Assembly (NCBI GenBank): GCA_913055745.1 | Contig: CAJXJZ010000004.1 | Coordinates: forward strand, 8,957-72,956 | DNA: 64,000 nt | Direction: 5' to 3' | From: an uncultured bacterium | GTDB taxonomy: Bacteria > Hydrothermota > Hydrothermia > UBA1063 > CAJXJZ01 | Part shown: in pieces, positions 49,120 to 57,527 of the stretch | Numbering within the stretch: the stretch's first letter is position 1 | How the letters are laid out: each line of letters starts with the position of its first letter | Program-made: the position numbers and the translations under genes | Notes under the pieces: generated by a model | Seen by the model: the letters and a program-made list of their open reading frames with translations, nothing else | Told to the model about the DNA's origin: nothing | The model's database searches: none

Positions 49120-50271
49120 TTATTTGAGTTTTTCCTCCTTGCCAAACGCCCTATATGGGTCAAACTCCTTGAAAATAATCTTAAGTTCTTCCTCTTCTTT
49201 ATTTTCTTTAAAGTATTGTGCAAGATAATAGGCAAGCCCAGGTGCAAGCATAAAGCCCTGCCCACACATCCCAGAGGCAATAAAAAGGTTCTTTATCTTC
49301 TTACTGAAACCTACAAGGGGATTGCCATCAGGTGTCATGGGATACATACCTGCCCATGTCCTTCTCACCCTTATATTGACAAGTCTTGGAACAAGGCTTA
49401 CCATCCTCCTTGTGGCAATGGGTAAGAAACTTGAAGTTTCGCTTACATCAAATCCAAGGCGAGGCCTTTTGGGTGTAAGACAGAATATTATCTGACCTGT
49501 TTTGTGCTGATAAAAGTAAAAGTTTGCAGAATCCTCTGTTTTTCTTATATCAACAAGCATGGGGTCTAAAAAATGCTTTACAGGTTCTGTTATACCAGCC
49601 TCATGAACATCGGGCATAACAGGTATTTCTTCACCTAAAAGGCTTTGTACCTTATTTGCCCATCCGCCTGATGCATTGATAACTATATCGCCCTTCAGGG
49701 TCTGTTTATTGGTTTTTACCTCTTTAATACTACCGTCTGATACATTAAAACCAACAACCTCTGTATCAAACAAAAATACAACTTTGTTTTTCTTCGCCTC
49801 CCTATAAAAACTATTTATGGTAAGAAGAGGTGAGGCAGAACCGTCTTTTGGTGAAAAGGTACCTCCCCTCAGATTATACTGATTTAATGATGGAATCTTC
49901 TCTAATAAGGCATCCCTTTCAAGATAATCTATCTCAAGGCCTACAGACTGTTGAAATTTTACGAGTTCTCTAAGTTCTTTTTCAGTATCTTTGTCATAGG
50001 CAAGGAAGGAGTATCCTCCTCTGTACCACTCTATATTGTGCTTTTTTTGCCAGTTTTCAAAGATCTCCAGACTTTTCTTCCCTACTATAATCTTTGCTGG
50101 ATTGGAATGTGTTGCCCTTATCCCTCCTATGGCTGCCTTATTTGAACCCTGTCCAACACTTTTTTTCTTTTCTATAACAAGAACTGTAGCACCTGTGAGA
50201 GAAAGATAATAGGCAAGTGGCACACCTACACTACCTGCCCCTATTATAACAAAATCATACCTATTCATCAT
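49120..50271 (-). CDS. FAD-dependent oxidoreductase, beta subunit of sarcosine oxidase / dye-linked proline dehydrogenase / opine dehydrogenase type
   Basis: 'IIGAGSVG', 'GGIR', 'INASGGW', 'R.WAG.Y.MTPDGNP.VG', 'G.CGQGFMLAP'. Confidence 0.88.
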   Translation of the reverse strand: MMNRYDFVIIGAGSVGVPLAYYLSLTGATVLVIEKKKSVGQGSNKAAIGGIRATHSNPAKIIVGKKSLEIFENWQKKHNIEWYRGGYSFLAYDKDTEKELRELVKFQQSVGLEIDYLERDALLEKIPSLNQYNLRGGTFSPKDGSASPLLTINSFYREAKKNKVVFLFDTEVVGFNVSDGSIKEVKTNKQTLKGDIVINASGGWANKVQSLLGEEIPVMPDVHEAGITEPVKHFLDPMLVDIRKTEDSANFYFYQHKTGQIIFCLTPKRPRLGFDVSETSSFLPIATRRMVSLVPRLVNIRVRRTWAGMYPMTPDGNPLVGFSKKIKNLFIASGMCGQGFMLAPGLAYYLAQYFKENKEEEELKIIFKEFDPYRAFGKEEKLK

Positions 50272-52330
50272 TTTTCTCCTTTAAGTTGGAAAGTTTTGAA
50301 ACAGGGACTTCAATGTATAAAGGCCTTTTTGTAAACTCTTCAAAATCCTCTATGCCTTCTTCTCTAAAAATCCTCTTTATAAGACTCGTGCATGTTTTTC
50401 CTCCACATGCACCCATTCCTGCACGTGTAAGGGCCTTAATCTCATTCATATCACGCACACCCTCTCTTATGAGTTTTCTTATCTCACCAGCCGTTACCCT
50501 TTCACACCTACAGACTATGGCATCGTCGGGTATAATATCCATCTCCTCCTCTATCTTCTTAGGTTCATAAGGCTCTCTTATCCTGATACCTGCAATCTTT
50601 TCAGCAATGTCTCTATCTGCCTTTAACTTCACTATCCTTGTTCCTTTGGATACGGTCCTATTTCTGATATACACGACTTCTGCCTTACCTAAGAGGTGGC
50701 CTTCTCTATCTGTAACATCTACCATATCTCCGACCTTAAAGTATAAAGAGGGCTCAAATTCAAAAGGAACAGAGACAATAGGTTCCCCTTTTCTCCAGTC
50801 AACAAGCGTTATTGCAAGGCCTGGGCATTTTGCCACACAGATTTCACACCCTATACATCCTGTTACATACTCTGGAACATTTGTTATAGGCTCTCCTATC
50901 TTTATTGCATCCTTGGGACATACAACCTCACATGGATTACATGGTATCTCCTGAACGCAATTTATCACAGGATAAACACCCTTCTTTTCCTCAGGCACTT
51001 TTACTTCATGAATCTTTTTGCCAGGCCTTGACCCAAGTATCTTCTGCGTCTTGTAAAATTCCTCAGGGATTTCGCCTTCATACAAACCAAGTTCTTTAAG
51101 GATTTCAAGCCCCCTTATCCTTCCTGAGAAAATCGCACTTGATGCCTCTGCAATCTCTTCTGCATCCCCTGCAACATAAACCTTCATACCAAACTGTTTT
51201 GCCTTTTCAGCAAACTCATTTATCGGTTCAAGTCCAACAGCAACAAGTAGGGTATCACACTCTATCACCTTCTCTGTGCCTTTTATGGGCCGAAATTTAT
51301 CATCAACTTTCGCTATAATGACCCTTTCCACATGTTCCTTTCCCTCTGCCTTCAAAACCGTATGTGAAGTATATACAGGAACACCCAATTTAAGGAGTTT
51401 CTCTTTGTGAACAAGATACCCGCCAACCTCTGGCATAATCTCACATAAACCTACAACATCTATATTTGCCTGAAGGGCATGATATGCGGCAATGAGTCCA
51501 ACATTTCCACCACCAATTACAAAAATTTTCTCAGAAGGCCGAACGTGGTCGCGATTTATAAGCGTCTGAAGTGCACCTGCACCATAGACACCAGGTAAGG
51601 TATTACCCTCAAAGGCAAGGAACTTCTCCCTTGCACCTGAAGCAACCAAAAGAATGTCGGGTTTTACGAGCACATACTCCTTTCCATCCTTTAAAATGCC
51701 AACTTTCTTATCACTGAAAACCCATACTACAGTAGAGCCAAGCCATATATCTATGGATTCTTGTTCCCTTACATCCTTCTCCATTATCTCTGCAATTTCT
51801 GTACCACGCGTTCCAGCATAACACGCATCTACTGAACCGAAGAACTTGTGTGTTTGAAGTATTAATTTTCCACCCAGTTTGTGTTTGTCATCAACAATAA
51901 GTGTCTTTACATGCCTTTTTGCAAGTTCCTTTGCCGCAGCAAGACCTGCAGGTCCACCTCCAACGATTAGCACCGTATATTCATATTCTTTCAACTGTCC
52001 AAATGTTGGCATTTTGTCAAAGTCAGGAAGATCTGGAAGACCTTCCAAACTGTAAATCTTCATATTTGGCTCAAGTAAGGTCATACAGGATTTTACTGTT
52101 TTACCATTGGCTATAACCTTACACTGATCGCACTGTCCATTGGCACAAAAAAGCCCTTGAGGAGAATGGTCCTTATAATGATGACCAAAAACCTTTATAC
52201 CATTAGCAAACAATGCGGCCGCTATGGTATCTCCCCTTTTACCGTATAACTTTTCTCCATTGAAATAGAAGGGTATATCTTCCCTCTCTTCTATTTTTAA
52301 AATAGGATGCTTAAGAATGCGAAATTCCAT
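50261..52330 (-). CDS. Fused Fe-S flavoprotein alpha subunit (2Fe-2S + FAD/NAD domain + 2x4Fe-4S ferredoxin + BFD-like cluster)
   Basis: 'FCANGQCDQC...SC', 'VGGGPAGL', 'IGGGNVG', 'CVQEIPCNPCEVVCP', 'CIGCEICVAKCP', 'CRCE...GMGACGGKTC'. Confidence 0.88.
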   Translation of the reverse strand: MEFRILKHPILKIEEREDIPFYFNGEKLYGKRGDTIAAALFANGIKVFGHHYKDHSPQGLFCANGQCDQCKVIANGKTVKSCMTLLEPNMKIYSLEGLPDLPDFDKMPTFGQLKEYEYTVLIVGGGPAGLAAAKELAKRHVKTLIVDDKHKLGGKLILQTHKFFGSVDACYAGTRGTEIAEIMEKDVREQESIDIWLGSTVVWVFSDKKVGILKDGKEYVLVKPDILLVASGAREKFLAFEGNTLPGVYGAGALQTLINRDHVRPSEKIFVIGGGNVGLIAAYHALQANIDVVGLCEIMPEVGGYLVHKEKLLKLGVPVYTSHTVLKAEGKEHVERVIIAKVDDKFRPIKGTEKVIECDTLLVAVGLEPINEFAEKAKQFGMKVYVAGDAEEIAEASSAIFSGRIRGLEILKELGLYEGEIPEEFYKTQKILGSRPGKKIHEVKVPEEKKGVYPVINCVQEIPCNPCEVVCPKDAIKIGEPITNVPEYVTGCIGCEICVAKCPGLAITLVDWRKGEPIVSVPFEFEPSLYFKVGDMVDVTDREGHLLGKAEVVYIRNRTVSKGTRIVKLKADRDIAEKIAGIRIREPYEPKKIEEEMDIIPDDAIVCRCERVTAGEIRKLIREGVRDMNEIKALTRAGMGACGGKTCTSLIKRIFREEGIEDFEEFTKRPLYIEVPVSKLSNLKEKNDE

Positions 52331-52339
52331 AATCTCTCC

Positions 52340-53644
52340 TTATTTTTCTGCTGACTCTTCCAACACATGTTCTTCAAATATAGGCTTAATGTTTTCATCT
52401 TCAAGTTCCCTTAAAACCTTTTCATAAATTTCAGGATGCGTTGGAATCCATACGCCTTTAAGGCCTATTTCACCCTTTAGGATAAGGTCTGCTGCTATAG
52501 CGGCAGGGAGAGAAACAGTTTTTGCTACGGCAGATTCCTTACCTACTTCGCCTTCCAAAATCAAATGCACAATATGGGATTTTCTTATGCCATCTTTTTG
52601 TAGTATTATTCGGTGCTTTAGGACTATAAGGTCCTTCTCCCCTTCTTTGTACGATAGTTTTTCCTTGAGAAGTCTAACAAAATTTTCAAATATGCTACAG
52701 TCCTTGCAAAATAGTTTCCTATCCTCAAAAAGCCCTAACCATTTTAATTTTTCTAAGATCTCTTTCGGTATTGGCTCTTTAAGTTCTGCCATCTTATAAC
52801 TCATAAGTTCTTTAAATGTCTCAACCTTTTCTGGCACTTTTACATCTTCTTCTGTAAGATGTAGTTTTTTAAGGTATGATAGGGTCTCATTCCAACCAGG
52901 GTATCTAAATGTGCCTCTTATCAGTGTTTTTACCTCAGGTATATGATACTTTTCTATGTAAACAAGTGAATCCCTATTGGGATAAACCTCAAGTTCACCA
53001 ATGCCCTTTACTTGTTCCCACCATCTATGGCCAAACAGTTCATCCTTTGAAACCTCCACTATATGGCCGTCTTTTAGGTACCTTGCGCTATTATTTGTAG
53101 CCCTCAAAACTCCTTCTGGGCTCCATGAGAACTTGTATCTAAGTGGATTATTGGAATACTCTGGTGCTGGAAGGGCACCGCAATAAGAGTAAAATTCCAC
53201 AACCTGCTCCCCTTTCTTATGCGCCCTATCTATTATATACTGTGCTGTCATGTGGTCTATACCCGGGTCAAGCCCTATTTCATTCAAAAGTATTATACCT
53301 TTTTCCTTTGCAACCTCATCCAATGCCGCCATCTCATTTTTAACATAGGATGTAGTTACAAGAGGCTTCGCATATTCTACACAGAGTTTAGCCACCTCTA
53401 TATGATAGGTATAAGGGAGAAAACTCAAAACAATATCGGCATCCTTTATTAGTTTCTTGAGGCCTTCTATATCATGTGCCTCCCAAACTACACCTTCTGT
53501 TCTATCATGTGTCCTTATGATTTCATCAATATGTCTTCTGGTTTTTGAAGCCACTTTTACAGAGTAATTAGTCTTCTCTGCAAAATACCTTATCATGGGT
53601 TTTGTTGTCATCCCGGCGCCAAGTACCAGGACTTTCTTTTTCAT
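52340..53644 (-). CDS. Saccharopine dehydrogenase (glutamate-forming, Lys9 / AASS SDH-domain-like)
   Basis: 'VLVLGAG', 'TTSY', 'NEIGLDPGIDHM', 'SYCGALPAPE...NPL.YKFSWSP.GVL', 'YPNRDS', 'RGT.RY.G'. Confidence 0.93.
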   Translation of the reverse strand: MKKKVLVLGAGMTTKPMIRYFAEKTNYSVKVASKTRRHIDEIIRTHDRTEGVVWEAHDIEGLKKLIKDADIVLSFLPYTYHIEVAKLCVEYAKPLVTTSYVKNEMAALDEVAKEKGIILLNEIGLDPGIDHMTAQYIIDRAHKKGEQVVEFYSYCGALPAPEYSNNPLRYKFSWSPEGVLRATNNSARYLKDGHIVEVSKDELFGHRWWEQVKGIGELEVYPNRDSLVYIEKYHIPEVKTLIRGTFRYPGWNETLSYLKKLHLTEEDVKVPEKVETFKELMSYKMAELKEPIPKEILEKLKWLGLFEDRKLFCKDCSIFENFVRLLKEKLSYKEGEKDLIVLKHRIILQKDGIRKSHIVHLILEGEVGKESAVAKTVSLPAAIAADLILKGEIGLKGVWIPTHPEIYEKVLRELEDENIKPIFEEHVLEESAEK

Positions 53645-53662
53645 TTTATTTGCCTCCTAAGT

Positions 53663-54961
53663 CTATAGATATTTTTCAAGGTATTTAAAGTTTGGTGTAA
53701 GTTCACCGTTCAATGCAATGACAGCGTTTTTTATCTCTAAGGGAAGGTTCAACCGCCCAAAACTTGTACTGTAATTTGCCCTGACTATATATGGTACAAA
53801 GGGCTTAAGTCTATGACTGAAAAATACAGAGGCATCATATGGAAGTTCTGCAGGTAGATTATCTACTGCCATAACCACTATTCCCCTCCCTATAACGCCA
53901 TCCTTTATACTATCTGTAAAAGGGTCATAAACGAAACACGGCTCATCTGGCATAGTTGCCTTCACAGTAAACTCCACAGAACCTTCTATATCACATGTAA
54001 TATCACCTATAACCTTTAATTTTGGATTATCGTATTTATCAAAGAGTTCTTTTACATGACTTTTTGTAACCAGTCTTGGGTATTTTTCTTCCCAATAAGT
54101 GGCGTTAAATAATATGCTTAAAAAAGGCAAATGCTTAGGCATGTTTGATATGTAATGCTCTGGATGCGTGTAATAATCCTCCCTTGAATACACCTCTCCA
54201 AAAACATTACGAACCCTTTCTTCAGGGCGAAAAACAACCATAAATATCCTGTTGCTCTTTTTTTCCTTTATTGCCTCTTTGATACTCCTTGCATCAATCT
54301 CCTCATACGGGAACAACTTTATAATATCCTGAACGCCCTTTGAGACATTCCCTCTTCCCATAATACCCACTATCATAGGAGAGATCTCCTCTGGCAATCC
54401 TTCCTCTGCAATTTGCTCCCCAATATCTTTTAGATGAATCTCAGCCTTATCCATTCGCCCATATTCAAAAGACCTTTTTATACGCACGAAAGGTGTTTTT
54501 ATACCTTCTTTTAGCAACCTCTGCCCATAAGCCCACAAGGTATCAATTGCACCTGCAAGACCCGCATGATAACCAAAGAAAATCAGCCTCTTTCCTTCTT
54601 CATCTCTAATAAGTTCATAGTCTATCAGAGTATCTTTAAGTTCCAACATCTTCTTGAGCATTGGCATATTATATTTCTGCCCCTTTATTGTATGAGAAAA
54701 GAATACATATACCTTTTTCTCTTCAAAATAATTTATTGGGATTTCCTTAACGCCAAATATGTAATTTGCATCCTTTAGATTGTCTACTACGACAGCGCCA
54801 TTTTTCACATATTCTTCTTCAGAGAAAATCCTCTGCTCTGATGGTTCTATTAGCGTGTGTATCCTGTGCCTTTTCCTTAGTTCATAAACATCATGTGGCA
54901 CAATAGGAACCCTTCTTTCCCATCTGTTTTTTGTCTCTCTTCTAATACCTAAAACTCTCAT
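53663..54961 (-). CDS. Lysine-ketoglutarate reductase (AASS LKR-domain-like, AlaDh/PNT fold)
   Basis: 'GIRRE.KN.WERRVP', 'GVKEIP', 'FFSHTIKGQ..NM', 'LIDYE', 'G.GNVSKG', 'DITCD..GS', 'VDNLPAELP..AS..F'. Likely start ATG 54961. Confidence 0.9.
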   Translation of the reverse strand: MRVLGIRRETKNRWERRVPIVPHDVYELRKRHRIHTLIEPSEQRIFSEEEYVKNGAVVVDNLKDANYIFGVKEIPINYFEEKKVYVFFSHTIKGQKYNMPMLKKMLELKDTLIDYELIRDEEGKRLIFFGYHAGLAGAIDTLWAYGQRLLKEGIKTPFVRIKRSFEYGRMDKAEIHLKDIGEQIAEEGLPEEISPMIVGIMGRGNVSKGVQDIIKLFPYEEIDARSIKEAIKEKKSNRIFMVVFRPEERVRNVFGEVYSREDYYTHPEHYISNMPKHLPFLSILFNATYWEEKYPRLVTKSHVKELFDKYDNPKLKVIGDITCDIEGSVEFTVKATMPDEPCFVYDPFTDSIKDGVIGRGIVVMAVDNLPAELPYDASVFFSHRLKPFVPYIVRANYSTSFGRLNLPLEIKNAVIALNGELTPNFKYLEKYL

Positions 54962-54964
54962 TAC

Positions 54965-55010
54965 TATAATTATAACACAGTTTGTAAGTTTTAAAAACAG
55001 GTAGTACAAT
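54965..55010. promoter_or_regulatory. Overlapping divergent promoters for LKR (-) and cobB (+)
   Basis: Plus strand: TTGTAA(54982-87)-17-TACAAT(55005-10), 7 nt before ATG 55018. Minus strand: TGtTATAAT 7 nt before ATG 54961. Confidence 0.6.
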
Positions 55011-55017
55011 ATATGAT

Positions 55018-55764
55018 ATGACAGGCGAACAAAAGATAGAAGAGCTTGCTTCACTAATAGAATCGTCAAAAAGGATATTTGTCTTAACCGGGGCAGGGAT
55101 AAGTACAAAAAGTGGCATACCAGATTTTAGGAGTGGAACTGGTATATACTCAAAATACCCAGAAATTGTCTTTGACATTGATGTGTTTTATAAAGACCCA
55201 TCTATTTTATATAATCTCATGTTTGAACTTGCTCCAATAGTTATAAATGCAAAGCCCAACAAGGCGCATATATGCATAAAAAAACTGGAAGATATGGGTA
55301 AAGTCAATCTCATCGCCACACAAAACATAGACATGCTTCATGAAAAAGCAGGCTCAGTGAGGATTGCAAACCTGCACGGTACAATGAAAACATGGACATG
55401 TGTGAAATGTGGCAAAAAATACACATTAGAAGATATCATGCCACAGATAGAGAAAAGACAGATTGCAAGATGCACGTGCGGCGGCGTTTTAAGACCTGAT
55501 TTTGTTTTCTTTAAAGAACCACTTCCTGAGGATGCATTTTCCCTTGCAAAAAATAAGGCCCATGAGGCTGATCTTATTATTGTAATTGGCTCAAGCCTTT
55601 CGGTCTTCCCAGCAAGCTATATCCCCATATATGGCATTACAAAAGGGACGCCACTTGTTATAATAAACAAAGGTGAAACCGCCTTAGATAACTATGCCTT
55701 GATAAAGATAGAAGACGACATAATAAGGGTATGTGAAAAACTACTGAGTATCCTTGGTATATAA
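55018..55764 (+). CDS. cobB: NAD-dependent protein deacylase (sirtuin)
   Basis: 'TGAGIST.SGIPDFR', 'TQNID.LH', 'LHGT', 'CVKC..CTC', 'IGSSL.V.PA'. Confidence 0.95.
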   Translation: MTGEQKIEELASLIESSKRIFVLTGAGISTKSGIPDFRSGTGIYSKYPEIVFDIDVFYKDPSILYNLMFELAPIVINAKPNKAHICIKKLEDMGKVNLIATQNIDMLHEKAGSVRIANLHGTMKTWTCVKCGKKYTLEDIMPQIEKRQIARCTCGGVLRPDFVFFKEPLPEDAFSLAKNKAHEADLIIVIGSSLSVFPASYIPIYGITKGTPLVIINKGETALDNYALIKIEDDIIRVCEKLLSILGI

Positions 55765-55765
55765 A

Positions 55766-55794
55766 TTGACCATCCATACCCATTAAGTTAACAT
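55766..55794 (+). promoter_or_regulatory. Putative leaderless promoter of polX
   Basis: TTGACC-17nt-TAACAT, 8 nt before the ATG; no SD. Confidence 0.5.
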
Positions 55795-55802
55795 ATTATA
55801 AG

Positions 55803-57524
55803 ATGGAGCACAATAAAAAACTCTCAAAGATGTTTGATACACTCTCTGATGCTCTGGAATTTTTGGGTGAAAATACCTTTAAAATCCAGGCATACAGGAA
55901 AGTGGCAAGGTTCTTAGAGAACTTTCCAGAGGATATTGAAGAGTATTATAAGGAGCATGGGCATAAAGGACTTAAGGCATTACCAGGGGTTGGTGAAAAG
56001 ATTGCACTTAAAATAGAGGAGTATTTAAAACGGGGAACATTCAAAAAGTATGAGGAAGTTGTATCACAGGTCCCTATGGGGATTTTGGAACTTTTGGACA
56101 TTCCAGGAATAGGGCCCAAAACCATTAAACTCGCCCATGATGCACTGGGTGTAAATAACCTCTCGGATTTAAAACGGGTAATACAGGATGGCTCTCTTGA
56201 AAAACTCAAGGGTATGGGACCTAAAAAGGTAGAAAACATAAAAAAATCCATTGATATGTACTACAAGATGAAGGGTCGTATTCCACTTGGAGAGATATTC
56301 CCATTTGTTGAAAAACTCAAAGAGTATCTCGCAGCATCAGAGTATGTTGAGAAAATAGAGGTGTGTGGCTCATACAGGAGAAGAAAGGAGACAGTTGGAG
56401 ACATTGATATACTTTGTGTAAGTAAAAATAAAGATGCGGTCATTAAAAGATTTGTAAACCACCCAGATGTCTCACGTATACTGGCTCAAGGAGAGACAAA
56501 GGCATCGTGCATATTTAATGAAAGGGTGCAGGTGGACTTAAGGGTTGTACCGGAAAGTTCCTTTGGTGCAGCACTTCAGTATTTTACTGGCTCAAAACAA
56601 CATAACATCCACTTAAGAACCCTGGCAAAACAGGCAGGCTACAAGATTTCAGAATACGGGGTATATAAACACTCAGAAAAGGTGGCAGGAGAAAGAGAGG
56701 AAGATATATACGGCATCTTAGGTTTAGACTTTATTCCACCAGAACTCAGAGAGGATAGGGGTGAAATTGAAAAGGCAAAGGAACATGCCCTTCCTCATCT
56801 TATAGAAAGAAGCGATATAAAAGGTGATCTACATGTCCATTCAAGATACTCAGACGGTACCATGACATTAAGAGAACTTATAGAAAAGGCAATCAAGATG
56901 CATTATGAGTATATTGCTGTGTGTGACCACTCCCAAAGTGCAAGATATGCACACGGTTTAAGCATAGAGGACTTAAGAAAGAAGAATAGAGAAATAGAAA
57001 AATTGAATGAGGAATATGGTGCACAGATTCTCTTAAAGGGTGCTGAAGTAGATATCCTTCAAGACGGAAGTTTAGACTATCCTGACGATGTATTAAAAGA
57101 ACTTGACTTTGTCATAGGTTCTGTACATATCTGGTCAAAAAAAGAAGATGTAACACCAAGAATATTAAAGGCCTTAGAAAACCCTTACGTCCACACCATA
57201 GGACATCCAACAGGACGACTTATAAACAAGAGAGGACCCTATAAAGTAGACCTTGAAAAGGTTATTGAACATGCTGAAAAACTGGGAAAATTCCTGGAGA
57301 TTAATGCATACTATGAACGCCTGGATTTAAATGATATATGGTCTAAGAGGGCAAAGGAGATGGGCGTAAAACTCACCATAGGCACGGATGCACATCAGAT
57401 TGGGCAACTGTGGATGATGGACCTTGGCGTATATGTCGCAAGAAGAGGTTGGCTTGAAAAGGGTGATGTTTTAAATACTCTACCCTTAAACGAACTATTA
57501 AAAACATTGAAACACAGGAGGTGA
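55803..57524 (+). CDS. polX: DNA polymerase X family / PHP domain protein
   Basis: HhH motifs, 'GSYRR.KETVGDIDIL', 'VDLRVV', 'YFTGSK.HN', PHP 'DLHVHS.YSDG', 'DHS', 'HPTGR', 'TDAH'. Confidence 0.95.
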   Translation: MEHNKKLSKMFDTLSDALEFLGENTFKIQAYRKVARFLENFPEDIEEYYKEHGHKGLKALPGVGEKIALKIEEYLKRGTFKKYEEVVSQVPMGILELLDIPGIGPKTIKLAHDALGVNNLSDLKRVIQDGSLEKLKGMGPKKVENIKKSIDMYYKMKGRIPLGEIFPFVEKLKEYLAASEYVEKIEVCGSYRRRKETVGDIDILCVSKNKDAVIKRFVNHPDVSRILAQGETKASCIFNERVQVDLRVVPESSFGAALQYFTGSKQHNIHLRTLAKQAGYKISEYGVYKHSEKVAGEREEDIYGILGLDFIPPELREDRGEIEKAKEHALPHLIERSDIKGDLHVHSRYSDGTMTLRELIEKAIKMHYEYIAVCDHSQSARYAHGLSIEDLRKKNREIEKLNEEYGAQILLKGAEVDILQDGSLDYPDDVLKELDFVIGSVHIWSKKEDVTPRILKALENPYVHTIGHPTGRLINKRGPYKVDLEKVIEHAEKLGKFLEINAYYERLDLNDIWSKRAKEMGVKLTIGTDAHQIGQLWMMDLGVYVARRGWLEKGDVLNTLPLNELLKTLKHRR

Positions 57525-57527
57525 GTT

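Noticed and set aside
54962-55108. 49-aa N-terminal extension of LKR overlapping cobB
   Set aside because: Family similarity begins at Met 54961, which has its own -10 element; the extension is an ORF-caller artefact.
55018-57524. Sirtuin + PolX as an anti-phage defence module
   Set aside because: The sirtuin is a canonical Zn-binding CobB type and polX has its own promoter; both look like housekeeping genes.
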